This document shows, one piece after another, positions 45,674 through 53,150 of a DNA stretch of 53,150 nucleotides. Where the stretch lies: the IMG/VR virus record IMGVR_UViG_3300029290_000001, positions 1 to 53,150 of that record; one strand, given 5' to 3'. Each line of letters starts with the position of its first letter. Position 1 is the first letter of the stretch. The position numbers and the translations under genes were made by a program. The DNA is from a virus (Duplodnaviria > Caudoviricetes). A model generated the notes under the pieces. That model did no database searches. It had not been told where the DNA came from and saw nothing but the letters and a program-made list of their open reading frames with translations.

Positions 45674-46153
45674 TCAGTTCTCCGAAATGAGGGCCAGCCG
45701 GAACGACGGCTTGCCGGGCTTGACGGTGCGGGCGGCCTCGAACTGTGCGCGCAGCGCCGGAGGCCAGTTGTTGAAGCGGGATTCGGACACGCTGTACTCG
45801 ACGTCGATGAAGTGCTCGACGTTGTCGCCGGCGGCGGCGATGCGTTGCGCAATCGCGGCCAGCTGCGCCTGGTCCCAGGACACGCGTTTGGATTGATCGA
45901 CAGTCACGCGCAGCGGGCCGTCCGAGATGTGGATGACGCCGAAGTCCTTGCCGGCATCGAGGCGCGCGGTGCGGGCCTGCTCGCCGTAACACTGCTCAAG
46001 CGCCGCGTCGAACTTGACGCGGGCTTTCTTGAGCCAGTCGATGGCGGCATCGAGGTTCTTGTCGACCTCGCGCTTCTGATCGGGCGGCAGCGCAGCCAGC
46101 TGGCTGACGGACATCTCGGCGATGTCGAGGGGAAAGATGGTCAGATCGGTCAT
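45674..46153 (-). CDS. Conserved hypothetical phage early protein
   Basis: Start MTDLTIF with GGAGG RBS; KRVSWDQ...ARTVKPGK. Confidence 0.65.
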   Translation of the reverse strand: MTDLTIFPLDIAEMSVSQLAALPPDQKREVDKNLDAAIDWLKKARVKFDAALEQCYGEQARTARLDAGKDFGVIHISDGPLRVTVDQSKRVSWDQAQLAAIAQRIAAAGDNVEHFIDVEYSVSESRFNNWPPALRAQFEAARTVKPGKPSFRLALISEN

Positions 46154-46164
46154 GGCCACCTCCA

Positions 46165-46413
46165 TCACTGGTACGCCCGAGCGAATGTCGAGTTGCGCGA
46201 GACGCGCCGCTCGAAGGCTTCGACTTCGGAGATCAGGTAGGTGACACGCGCGCCGAGCTTGCAGAAGACGGGGCCGAGTTGTTCCTGTCGCCAGCGGCGC
46301 AGGGTCTTGACGGAGAGGCCCCAGCGAGCGGCGAGTTCATACTCGTTGAGGGCGAGGCGATGGACTTTGCAGTCGCTCGCTTCGGCTTGAACAGATGGAG
46401 GAATATTTCGCAT
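46165..46413 (-). CDS. AlpA/excisionase-like HTH protein, first gene of early operon
   Basis: LNEYELAARWGLSVKTLRRWR...GP.F.KLG.RV.Y; AAAGGAG RBS. Confidence 0.85.
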   Translation of the reverse strand: MRNIPPSVQAEASDCKVHRLALNEYELAARWGLSVKTLRRWRQEQLGPVFCKLGARVTYLISEVEAFERRVSRNSTFARAYQ

Positions 46414-46415
46414 TG

Positions 46416-46446
46416 GCAGTGCTCCTTTGATGAAAGTGGGCACTGC
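46416..46446 (-). promoter_or_regulatory. Hairpin covering the RBS of the HTH gene
   Basis: Minus strand GCAGTGC-CCA-CTTT-CATC-AAAG-GA-GCACTGC-CA-ATG. Confidence 0.6.
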
Positions 46447-46465
46447 TTATTCTTCGAATCGAACG

Positions 46466-46505
46466 CCGGATGATGTCCGGATGCATTTCCGGATAAATCG
46501 CCGGA
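46466..46505. repeat. Four phased CCGGA direct repeats
   Basis: CCGGA at 46466, 46477, 46489, 46501 (spacing 11, 12, 12). Confidence 0.7.
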
Positions 46506-46527
46506 AATGTGCGAAACGGGGAAACGC

Positions 46528-47472
46528 TCAGGTGGCGCGCTTTGCCGTGCGCAAACGGTAGAACCCGCGACTGTCGGGGACGCGCTCCAGCCAGGCCTGC
46601 CAGGCACCTTTGCCGAACACGGAATCGGGGTCCTTGGCGCAATTGGTCTGCGCCCTGACATCGGCGGTCCACTTCAGGCCTGCCGTGTGACGCTCCTTCC
46701 AGAACAGGGCGATGACCTTCTTCTGAATACCGTCGAATATCCTGGCTTGCTCCATATGCAGCAACTTGAGCGCACCCGTTCGGCCGTCGAAGTATTCGTC
46801 CGGATTGGCTGCATCGGCAGGCGGTCCCACGAGCAGCCGGTCGAGCGCGGCCGTGTCGAGCGAAACGCCCTCTGGCCCATCGAACAAGAGTTCGTCGAGC
46901 GCCCGCACCTGATGTCCGTTCGGCAGGCACTCTTTCGCCTTTCCGGCAGACAGAACTATTCCTTGGCCGGGGCGGATGCGATCGATCAAAGAGTCGCGCC
47001 AATCCGCCGAGCAATCTTGCAGACGGCGCGCGACATAGATCGGAGCGAAGTCATGGCTTCGTGCGATTCGGACGTCGCCGAGATGCCAGAAATGATTGGC
47101 GATCAACGTCGGTTTGCGCGCACGACGTGAAGGTTCGATTCCGAAAGCGTCCGTCAACTCGTCGAGCCATGCCTCGACATTGACCGCATACAGCGCGATC
47201 TCGGCCAGCGGGCGCGTGATGACCCGCGACCGCTGCCCGGGACTCCGGTAGCGGAAAACGCCCGAGTCCTCGTCGATCTCGACCTCGACGTCTTCATGAC
47301 CATCCCGCACCGGAACCAGCAGATGGGTCTGGTATCCGTCCAGGACGAGCCAGCGTCGCGCCAGGAAATCCTGCATCCGCCCGTGCAGTTGCTGCGCGCC
47401 GAGCAAGCCCCCGATCTGCGGACTGCGCTCCAGGAGCTGCAGATATTCGGTGTGCATCGGCACGGAGCTCAA
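46528..47472 (-). CDS. Hypothetical protein with C-terminal winged-HTH-like end
   Basis: 314-aa ORF overlapping upstream stop; ends ...RGFYRL. Confidence 0.6.
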   Translation of the reverse strand: MSSVPMHTEYLQLLERSPQIGGLLGAQQLHGRMQDFLARRWLVLDGYQTHLLVPVRDGHEDVEVEIDEDSGVFRYRSPGQRSRVITRPLAEIALYAVNVEAWLDELTDAFGIEPSRRARKPTLIANHFWHLGDVRIARSHDFAPIYVARRLQDCSADWRDSLIDRIRPGQGIVLSAGKAKECLPNGHQVRALDELLFDGPEGVSLDTAALDRLLVGPPADAANPDEYFDGRTGALKLLHMEQARIFDGIQKKVIALFWKERHTAGLKWTADVRAQTNCAKDPDSVFGKGAWQAWLERVPDSRGFYRLRTAKRAT

Positions 47473-48866
47473 TACTGCCAGGCGCAGCCGAGGCGCTCGA
47501 GCTGGGCGAAAACGAGTTCGGCATCTTTCTCCGTCTTGCTGCGATCAGAGAAGCCGTTAGGCGCGGTAATCTCCACGATCACCCGATGTGCGCGCCGGAA
47601 CGACGTCTTGCCGATCTTGATCGAAAGCTTGACCTTGACGATCTCGTATTCGGTCAGGTCGGCGAGTTTGCCGTCGTCTCTGGCGATCGCGTAGATGTCC
47701 CGGTCGTCGTAGCGGTGTTTGCGAATCCGGAAATCACTTACCGCCATGCGGCTCACCGACTTGCCGTGCACGACGGTCTGGCAGAGGTGGGGCTTGGCAA
47801 TGACGATGTGCTGGATGGCGATGTCTTCGACACCGTCGATGCGGTCCTTGCCGACGCGATCCAGCATCGCCGGGGTAGAGAAGCCGGTGAGATCGAATTC
47901 GCGCATCGGCATCTCGCCGAATTCTCCGTTGCCGCCCAGGACAACGTCGCGGAACAGCTTGGCAAGTTCCGGTCGCACCTCTTTGTCCTCACAGAACACG
48001 CCCAGTGTTCCTTTGGCCGGTTGCCAGGCGAATTCGGCGCTGGTCACTGCGGAATCGTCGTGGTCAATCATCTCGCCGTCCTTCACTTTCCGGTAGTGGA
48101 CATGCGAGCCGTTGAACGACGCCTTGAGTGTGTAAAGAACGATTGGGGCGGTTTCCGCATTCCCTTCACGACGATGGAACACCTCGACGAGCATGTCCGT
48201 CGGATTGATGTCGGGAAATAGTTCAAACAGACGCTGGCGCAACGCCTGGTCGATGTCCGCGCCAAGCTTGGGATCAATCCCCTTGGGGCCGAGATAGTGG
48301 CTGGAGTATTTGCGGCTGACGCTCTCGCGCAGCATCTCCTGGCGCGCCTCGGCATGGTCGAAGCGGCGATCATCGGAGCCGGTCACGGCCGGATATTCCT
48401 GGCTCAGGAAAAGATGGAGCGCCTGGCTCAGCTTGTCGGTCGGTGCGAGGAGTACTGCCGCATCTGCAGGGTCGCCTGGATCAAGCATGTCCTTGACCGC
48501 CTGCGCGCCGTACTCGTCGCCGAGTAGCAGAATGCGTTCGGCCGCATCCCGAAGACGCGATTGCACACCGTCTGGCAGCGACGAAACCAGAGTGAATAAG
48601 GCATTGCGTGTCGGAAGCTGCAGCGTTCCGTTTGCGCCGCCGGTCAGCGCGGCGAGCATCACCAGTTCGCCTCCGTTGGCGTTTTCGACTAGGCTGCGCA
48701 GCAGCGCCGGGCGCTTCACCCGCCGCACCAGTCGGACGAAGTGTTCGAGATGCGGGAGGATTTCGGCACCGTTGTCCTGAGCCCGGTGACGCCCTGTCTG
48801 TGGATCGACCTGAGGAAGATAGGTCGCTGCTTGTTCTTGAACCTTATTCTGCTCGACCTCTGCCAT
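47469..48866 (-). CDS. Hypothetical protein
   Basis: ~465-aa ORF; AAAGGAG RBS before ATG 48866; no motif recognised. Confidence 0.65.
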   Translation of the reverse strand: MAEVEQNKVQEQAATYLPQVDPQTGRHRAQDNGAEILPHLEHFVRLVRRVKRPALLRSLVENANGGELVMLAALTGGANGTLQLPTRNALFTLVSSLPDGVQSRLRDAAERILLLGDEYGAQAVKDMLDPGDPADAAVLLAPTDKLSQALHLFLSQEYPAVTGSDDRRFDHAEARQEMLRESVSRKYSSHYLGPKGIDPKLGADIDQALRQRLFELFPDINPTDMLVEVFHRREGNAETAPIVLYTLKASFNGSHVHYRKVKDGEMIDHDDSAVTSAEFAWQPAKGTLGVFCEDKEVRPELAKLFRDVVLGGNGEFGEMPMREFDLTGFSTPAMLDRVGKDRIDGVEDIAIQHIVIAKPHLCQTVVHGKSVSRMAVSDFRIRKHRYDDRDIYAIARDDGKLADLTEYEIVKVKLSIKIGKTSFRRAHRVIVEITAPNGFSDRSKTEKDAELVFAQLERLGCAWQY

Positions 48867-48945
48867 GCTGCCAGCTCCTTTCATGGAAAATGCGCCGGCA
48901 GCCTGCCTCGAGTCCCGGGCAGCGCGGTTCGGCGCTGCTGCGGAA

Positions 48946-49467
48946 TTACGGGATGATCCCGAAGCGAACCTTGAATTTGATTTCGTCGAGCCATTGGGTC
49001 CGGTAGTGGCGCGCCAGGCTGTCGAGCTGGCCTCGCGTCACGCCGGAGTGCTGTGCCAAGTGTTCAAGCGACACCACCGAATCGAGCCAACCGATCCGGC
49101 CGGTGGCAACGATGGCAGCCTTGTCGGCCGTCGAGACCATGATGAGGGCGTTCGGCAGCAATCCCTGCGCGTGCAGCCAGGCAAGCAGGTGCATCTCGCC
49201 ATCGTCGAGGCCTTGGCACTCCGGATGAGTCAGGATGAAGGTGGCTAGTTCGCGCTTGCCAACGGCGTGGCGACCGGCGAGGCCGCCGACCAGTGTGTCG
49301 CGGTCGACGTGAACTCGTCGGGGATCGTCCGGGTCCCCGGTCAGGGCTTCCTCGATGCACTTCTCAACGGTCTCGACGGCGTACTGTTGGCAGATTGCCG
49401 TCCAGCAACCGGTGCGAAAAGCTTCGAGAATGACATTGGTGTCGGCAAAGACGCGGAGCTTCGGCAT
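48946..49467 (-). CDS. PIN-like domain protein
   Basis: RVFADTNVI, LDDGE, STADKAA acidic motifs. Confidence 0.65.
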   Translation of the reverse strand: MPKLRVFADTNVILEAFRTGCWTAICQQYAVETVEKCIEEALTGDPDDPRRVHVDRDTLVGGLAGRHAVGKRELATFILTHPECQGLDDGEMHLLAWLHAQGLLPNALIMVSTADKAAIVATGRIGWLDSVVSLEHLAQHSGVTRGQLDSLARHYRTQWLDEIKFKVRFGIIP

Positions 49468-49480
49468 AAATGACGGCCCC

Positions 49481-50602
49481 TCATAGTTCGAAAGGGGCTG
49501 CGAGCGAGTGCTCGGTGAAGAGGTCGGATAGTTGCGGCAGGCTCATGCCCATGGCCTTGGCGGCCTTGCGCGCGGAGAGCCGGCCGCCATCGATGGCGCG
49601 GTGGAGCAGGCCGACAAAGCCGGCGGAGAAACGCTTGGGCGTCCCGGCGACCGGTACGCGTTGACGCTCGTGGCGCAGTGCCTCCCGCGTGCCCTCGTCG
49701 ATCCATTTCATGTTGAACAGCCGCCATGCGAGCGCCACAGGGGCAACGCGCAGCTGCGCCGCCACGTCGGCGAGGTGGCCGGCATCGGTGATGTGGCGCT
49801 TGTCGATCAATTGCTCCAGCGAGTTGGTGGGCATCAGCAGCGCAGCGGCGAAATTGTTGGCCAGTTGTTCGATGCGGCGGGTCCGTCCGCGCTCCTCGAA
49901 GGAATTGGATTCGCGGTGCTCGGGCTTCATGGCGTCCCAGGTCAAAGCATGGAATAGCTCATGCGCGAGGTCGTAGAAGCGGCGTGCCTCTGCTTCGTTC
50001 CGGTTGACCAGGATCACGCCAAGATCCTGCAGATGGCAGGTGGCGCCCGAGACCGAGTCGCCTTCCGGCGTCTCGATGGTGTCGACGAACAAGACGGGGA
50101 TGTCGAGGACCTGTTCGGTGCTCTCGATCAGACGCTCTGCCGGAATCTTGCCCAACTGCAGTGCCTCGACTAGATCCTCGGCACGCGCGATCGACTCCTC
50201 GAACGAGGACTGCATCGTGAGGCGCAGGCTGTGCTTGAGCGGATTGATGCGACCCTGTTCGCTCTCCCGCAGCCAGCGCAGCAAGCCGATCCACTGGCCG
50301 GCGCGCAGCTCGAACCCGTCCAGGCTGTCCTCTGGTAGCTCGGGCGCAGCACGCCAAGAAAACTGTGCCTCACCGGCAACAGCAAACGGGTCAATGAAGA
50401 ACTCGATGTCACGGTCAAGCAGATCGGACAGCGCCAGCATCTCGTCCGGTTTGAGCGCGCGCTTGCCGTTCTCGATGTCGGACACCGATTGGCGGTCATT
50501 GAGACCGAGTCCTTGGGTGAGCTGATCCTGCGTCCAGCCCTTGGCCTCGCGCGCCGCTTTGACGCGGTAGCCGATTAGCTTTTGCGAGATTTTTTCGAGC
50601 AT
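49481..50602 (-). CDS. Xre HTH fused to ImmA/IrrE Zn-metallopeptidase (repressor candidate)
   Basis: IGYRVKAARE..GWTQDQL...VSDIENG; AHELFH (HExxH); AGGAGG RBS. Confidence 0.92.
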   Translation of the reverse strand: MLEKISQKLIGYRVKAAREAKGWTQDQLTQGLGLNDRQSVSDIENGKRALKPDEMLALSDLLDRDIEFFIDPFAVAGEAQFSWRAAPELPEDSLDGFELRAGQWIGLLRWLRESEQGRINPLKHSLRLTMQSSFEESIARAEDLVEALQLGKIPAERLIESTEQVLDIPVLFVDTIETPEGDSVSGATCHLQDLGVILVNRNEAEARRFYDLAHELFHALTWDAMKPEHRESNSFEERGRTRRIEQLANNFAAALLMPTNSLEQLIDKRHITDAGHLADVAAQLRVAPVALAWRLFNMKWIDEGTREALRHERQRVPVAGTPKRFSAGFVGLLHRAIDGGRLSARKAAKAMGMSLPQLSDLFTEHSLAAPFEL

Positions 50603-50632
50603 GGCGGTCACCTCCTAAAAGGACATTCTAGT

Positions 50633-50681
50633 CTTGCGTATTTTATTATGCAAGATTTTCTTGCTTTTCAACTTTTGCAAG
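50633..50681. promoter_or_regulatory. Two tandem palindromic operators CTTGC-N12-GCAAG
   Basis: 50633-50654 and 50660-50681 in the AT-rich divergent region. Confidence 0.75.
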
Positions 50682-50756
50682 TTATGCCCTGCGTTGCCAT
50701 CCGCTTCGGAGGATCAGGCTCACTATCCCTGACGGTTGCTATTCCCCGGAGCCGTC

Positions 50757-50948
50757 ATGAAGAACATCGAACTCGCATCTCCCTCGGAGATGTCCGCCCG
50801 CGCCCGCGCTGACGAAATCACGGTCATCCTTGCGGCCGCGATCGTCCGCACACTTGTCGCGGACGAGCCAAAACAGAGAGCAGTTGGCCTTGGCTTCCTG
50901 CCCGACCAGCGTGTTCATACAACCCCTTATCAACAGGAGAGGTTGTGA
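50757..50948 (+). CDS. Small hypothetical protein preceding DUF2924
   Basis: MKNIELASPSEMSARARADEIT...; GGAG RBS. Confidence 0.5.
   Translation: MKNIELASPSEMSARARADEITVILAAAIVRTLVADEPKQRAVGLGFLPDQRVHTTPYQQERL
50889..50918 (+). promoter_or_regulatory. CTTGGCTTC-N10-AGCG-N2-TTCAT motif, copy 2
   Basis: Matches 33895-33924; about 30 nt before DUF2924-like start. Confidence 0.6.
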
Positions 50949-51391
50949 TGAACGACAAACAAGCATCTGTCGCCGCCCGGATCGCTGAGTTGGGCCACCT
51001 GCCGATGGCTGAGCTCTGGGTGCTCTGGGATCGGTACTTCGAGCGCCGCCCGGACTACCCAAACCGCATGCACGTCGAATCCCGCATCGCATACAAGATG
51101 CAGGAGGAAGCCTTTGGTGGCCTCACGCCCGAGACACGTCAGCGCCTCGAGGCCATCGGCGCGAAGCATTCCAAGATCAAGCCGCGCGCCAAGCCGCGCT
51201 CGTTCAACTTCGCGCCGGGAACCGTGCTGCTGCGCGAATGGGGCGAGCGCGAGCACCGGGTGACGGTCACCGCCGAGGGGTGTTTCGAGTATGAGGGGCA
51301 CAGCTTCAAGAGCCTGACGGCAGTGGCCCGGCACATCACCGGGCAGCACTGGAGCGGGCCGTACTTCTTCGGCCTGAAGGGAGACGCCTGA
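50945..51391 (+). CDS. DUF2924-like recombinase accessory protein
   Basis: IAYKMQE.AFGGL, PGTVLLREW, SLTAVARHITG.HWSG..FFGL. Confidence 0.85.
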   Translation: MMNDKQASVAARIAELGHLPMAELWVLWDRYFERRPDYPNRMHVESRIAYKMQEEAFGGLTPETRQRLEAIGAKHSKIKPRAKPRSFNFAPGTVLLREWGEREHRVTVTAEGCFEYEGHSFKSLTAVARHITGQHWSGPYFFGLKGDA

Positions 51392-52770
51392 TGACCGAGA
51401 TCGCTTCGCCCAAGGCGCGCAAGCGCTGCGCGGTCTACTGCCGGGTGTCCTCGGACGAGCGGCTCGACCAGGAATTCAACTCCATCGATGCGCAGAAGGA
51501 AGCCGGCCACGCCTTCGTCGCCAGCCAGAGGAGCGAGGGTTGGATCACTGTCGCGGACGACTACGCCGATCCCGGCTTCTCCGGCGGCAACACCGAGCGC
51601 CCAGCCCTGAAGCGCCTGATGGCCGACATCCAGCGTGGTCAGATCGACATCGTGGTGGTCTACAAAATCGACCGCCTCACGCGCAGCCTGGCCGACTTCT
51701 CCAAGATGGTCGAAGTGTTCGAGCGGCACGGCGTATCGTTCGTCTCGGTCACCCAGCAGTTCAACACCACGACCTCGATGGGACGACTCACGCTCAATAT
51801 CCTGTTGTCCTTCGCACAGTTCGAGCGTGAGGTCACCGGCGAGCGCATCCGCGACAAGATCGCCGCTGCCAAGAAGAAGGGCCTGTGGATGGGCGGCGTG
51901 CCCACCATCGGCTACGACGTGGTCAATCGCCAGTTGGTGGTCAACCAGGCCGAGGCGGCGGTGGTGCACCGGATCTTCGAGGAGATGCTCACCATCGGCT
52001 CGCCCACGCAGATCGCAGCGCGGCTGACCGCCGAGGGCATCACGACCAAGGCGTGGACGACGCAGGACGGGCGCGTACGCACCGGCACCCGCATCGACAA
52101 GAAGTACCTCCACAAGGTGCTGCGCAACCGCATCTATCTTGGCGAGTTGTCGAACCGGGGCCACTGGCACCCTGGCGCGCACGAGCCGATCATCGGGCGC
52201 GATCTATGGGACAAGGTCCATGCCGTGCTGGCCAAGGACAGCCATGCCCGGTCGGTGGAAACGAAGATCAGATCGCGCAACGACGCATTGCTGCGCGGGC
52301 TGCTGTACGCGCCCTCGGGCGAGCGGATGTACCCGACCTACTCGCGCAAGAACGGGCGCAAGTACCAGTACTACGTCTCCAAGTCGGAGAGCCGCTTCGG
52401 CGCGCCGGGCAAGGGCTTTGAGCGCTTGCCTGCTGCCGAGATCGAGGCGGCGGTGGTGGCTCAGATCCGCACGGTACTGACCAGCCCTGAATCTATTGCA
52501 GCGGTCGTGCGACACGTCCAACGCAACGGCGCGCAGATCGAGGAGGCCACCACGGTCATGGCGATGGGCCGCCTCAACGACGTGTGGGATCAGCTCTTCC
52601 CGGTCGAGCGCCACCGTATCGCCAACCTGATGATCGAGCGCATCGATCTCGTCCACACCGACGAGATGCAGGGCATCAAGGTGAGGTGGCGTGAGCTGGG
52701 CTGGGATGCCTTGATCGGCGAGTTCGCACCCAAGAGCATTGGCGCGGAACTGCTGGAGGTCGAGACGTGA
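51391..52770 (+). CDS. Large serine recombinase (integrase)
   Basis: YCRVSS, DRLTRS, FAQFERE, recombinase domain LRNRIYLG. Confidence 0.95.
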   Translation: MTEIASPKARKRCAVYCRVSSDERLDQEFNSIDAQKEAGHAFVASQRSEGWITVADDYADPGFSGGNTERPALKRLMADIQRGQIDIVVVYKIDRLTRSLADFSKMVEVFERHGVSFVSVTQQFNTTTSMGRLTLNILLSFAQFEREVTGERIRDKIAAAKKKGLWMGGVPTIGYDVVNRQLVVNQAEAAVVHRIFEEMLTIGSPTQIAARLTAEGITTKAWTTQDGRVRTGTRIDKKYLHKVLRNRIYLGELSNRGHWHPGAHEPIIGRDLWDKVHAVLAKDSHARSVETKIRSRNDALLRGLLYAPSGERMYPTYSRKNGRKYQYYVSKSESRFGAPGKGFERLPAAEIEAAVVAQIRTVLTSPESIAAVVRHVQRNGAQIEEATTVMAMGRLNDVWDQLFPVERHRIANLMIERIDLVHTDEMQGIKVRWRELGWDALIGEFAPKSIGAELLEVET

Positions 52771-53150
52771 AGGACGGGAGGTTGGAAACCTTCGTGCCGA
52801 TGACCTTGCGCCGTCGTGGCGTGCGGCGGCTCGTGCAGTACGCGGTCGACAACCGCGCGGCGCATGACAGCACGCTAATCGAAGGAATAGCGCGTGCCTA
52901 CTACTGGCAACGGCTGCTGGACAACGGCGAGATGCCAAGCGGCTCGGCCATCGCGCGCGCCGAGGGGCTGCATCACTCGGTGGTCAACGAACTGCTGCGT
53001 CTGACGCTGTTTGCGCCCGACATCATCGAGATGCTCATGGACGGCCGCCAACCGAGCCGGATGAGCTTAATCTGGTTTCAGCGTAACCCGCTGCCGGTGG
53101 ATTGGCAGGCGCAGCGGGAGATCGCGCGGCGCTTCGAGGAGAAAGCGTGA
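52767..53150 (+). CDS. Conserved recombinase-associated HTH-like protein
   Basis: IARAYYWQRLLD.G...IARAEG...LRLTL.APDI; GTGA overlap with recombinase stop. Confidence 0.7.
   Translation: MKDGRLETFVPMTLRRRGVRRLVQYAVDNRAAHDSTLIEGIARAYYWQRLLDNGEMPSGSAIARAEGLHHSVVNELLRLTLFAPDIIEMLMDGRQPSRMSLIWFQRNPLPVDWQAQREIARRFEEKA

Larger units (their letters stand above)
10264..53150. mobile_element. Temperate siphovirus-type prophage with large serine recombinase; ends not defined, may also include the 1-10.2 kb cluster as cargo
   Basis: Contiguous lysis, tail, head, packaging, replication, immunity and integration modules. Confidence 0.92.

Noticed and set aside
48919-48938. GCAGCGC/GCGCTGC hairpin after the PIN-like gene
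   Set aside because: No T-tract and short GC stems are common here; not called as a terminator

Overview
High-GC, Betaproteobacteria-like (Burkholderiales-type, inferred) window with two parts. (i) 1-10.2 kb is a defence cluster. It holds a twin-HxK phospholipase-D-family gene translationally coupled to an uncharacterised 539-aa gene, vsr, a small RHH-like regulator, two tandem C5 cytosine methyltransferases, and a convergent McrB/McrC-like pair. The McrB N-terminus looks like a sequence-recognition domain, giving a LlaJI/BsuMI-like layout. (ii) About 10.3-53.15 kb is an apparently complete temperate siphovirus-type prophage, mostly on the minus strand. It carries a lysis cassette, tail-fibre cluster, RcGTA-type tail tip, tape measure, tail chaperone with a -1 frameshift, HK97-type head, terminase, HNH, two ParB-MTases, a Q/sigma4-like regulator, P4-type primase-helicase, recombination genes, an Xre-ImmA/PIN/two-unknown operon and a divergent DUF2924 + large serine recombinase module. 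Features the ORF track does not show are a decayed GH24 lysozyme behind the current lysis genes, a missed 50-aa membrane ORF, six intrinsic terminators inside the late operon, a ~99-bp palindromic origin candidate, tandem operators, helically phased CCGGA repeats, an RBS-occluding hairpin, and a motif shared with identical spacing upstream of the DUF3489 and DUF2924 genes. No att sites, tRNA, rRNA or CRISPR were identified. Family names come from motif recognition only; no database search was run.
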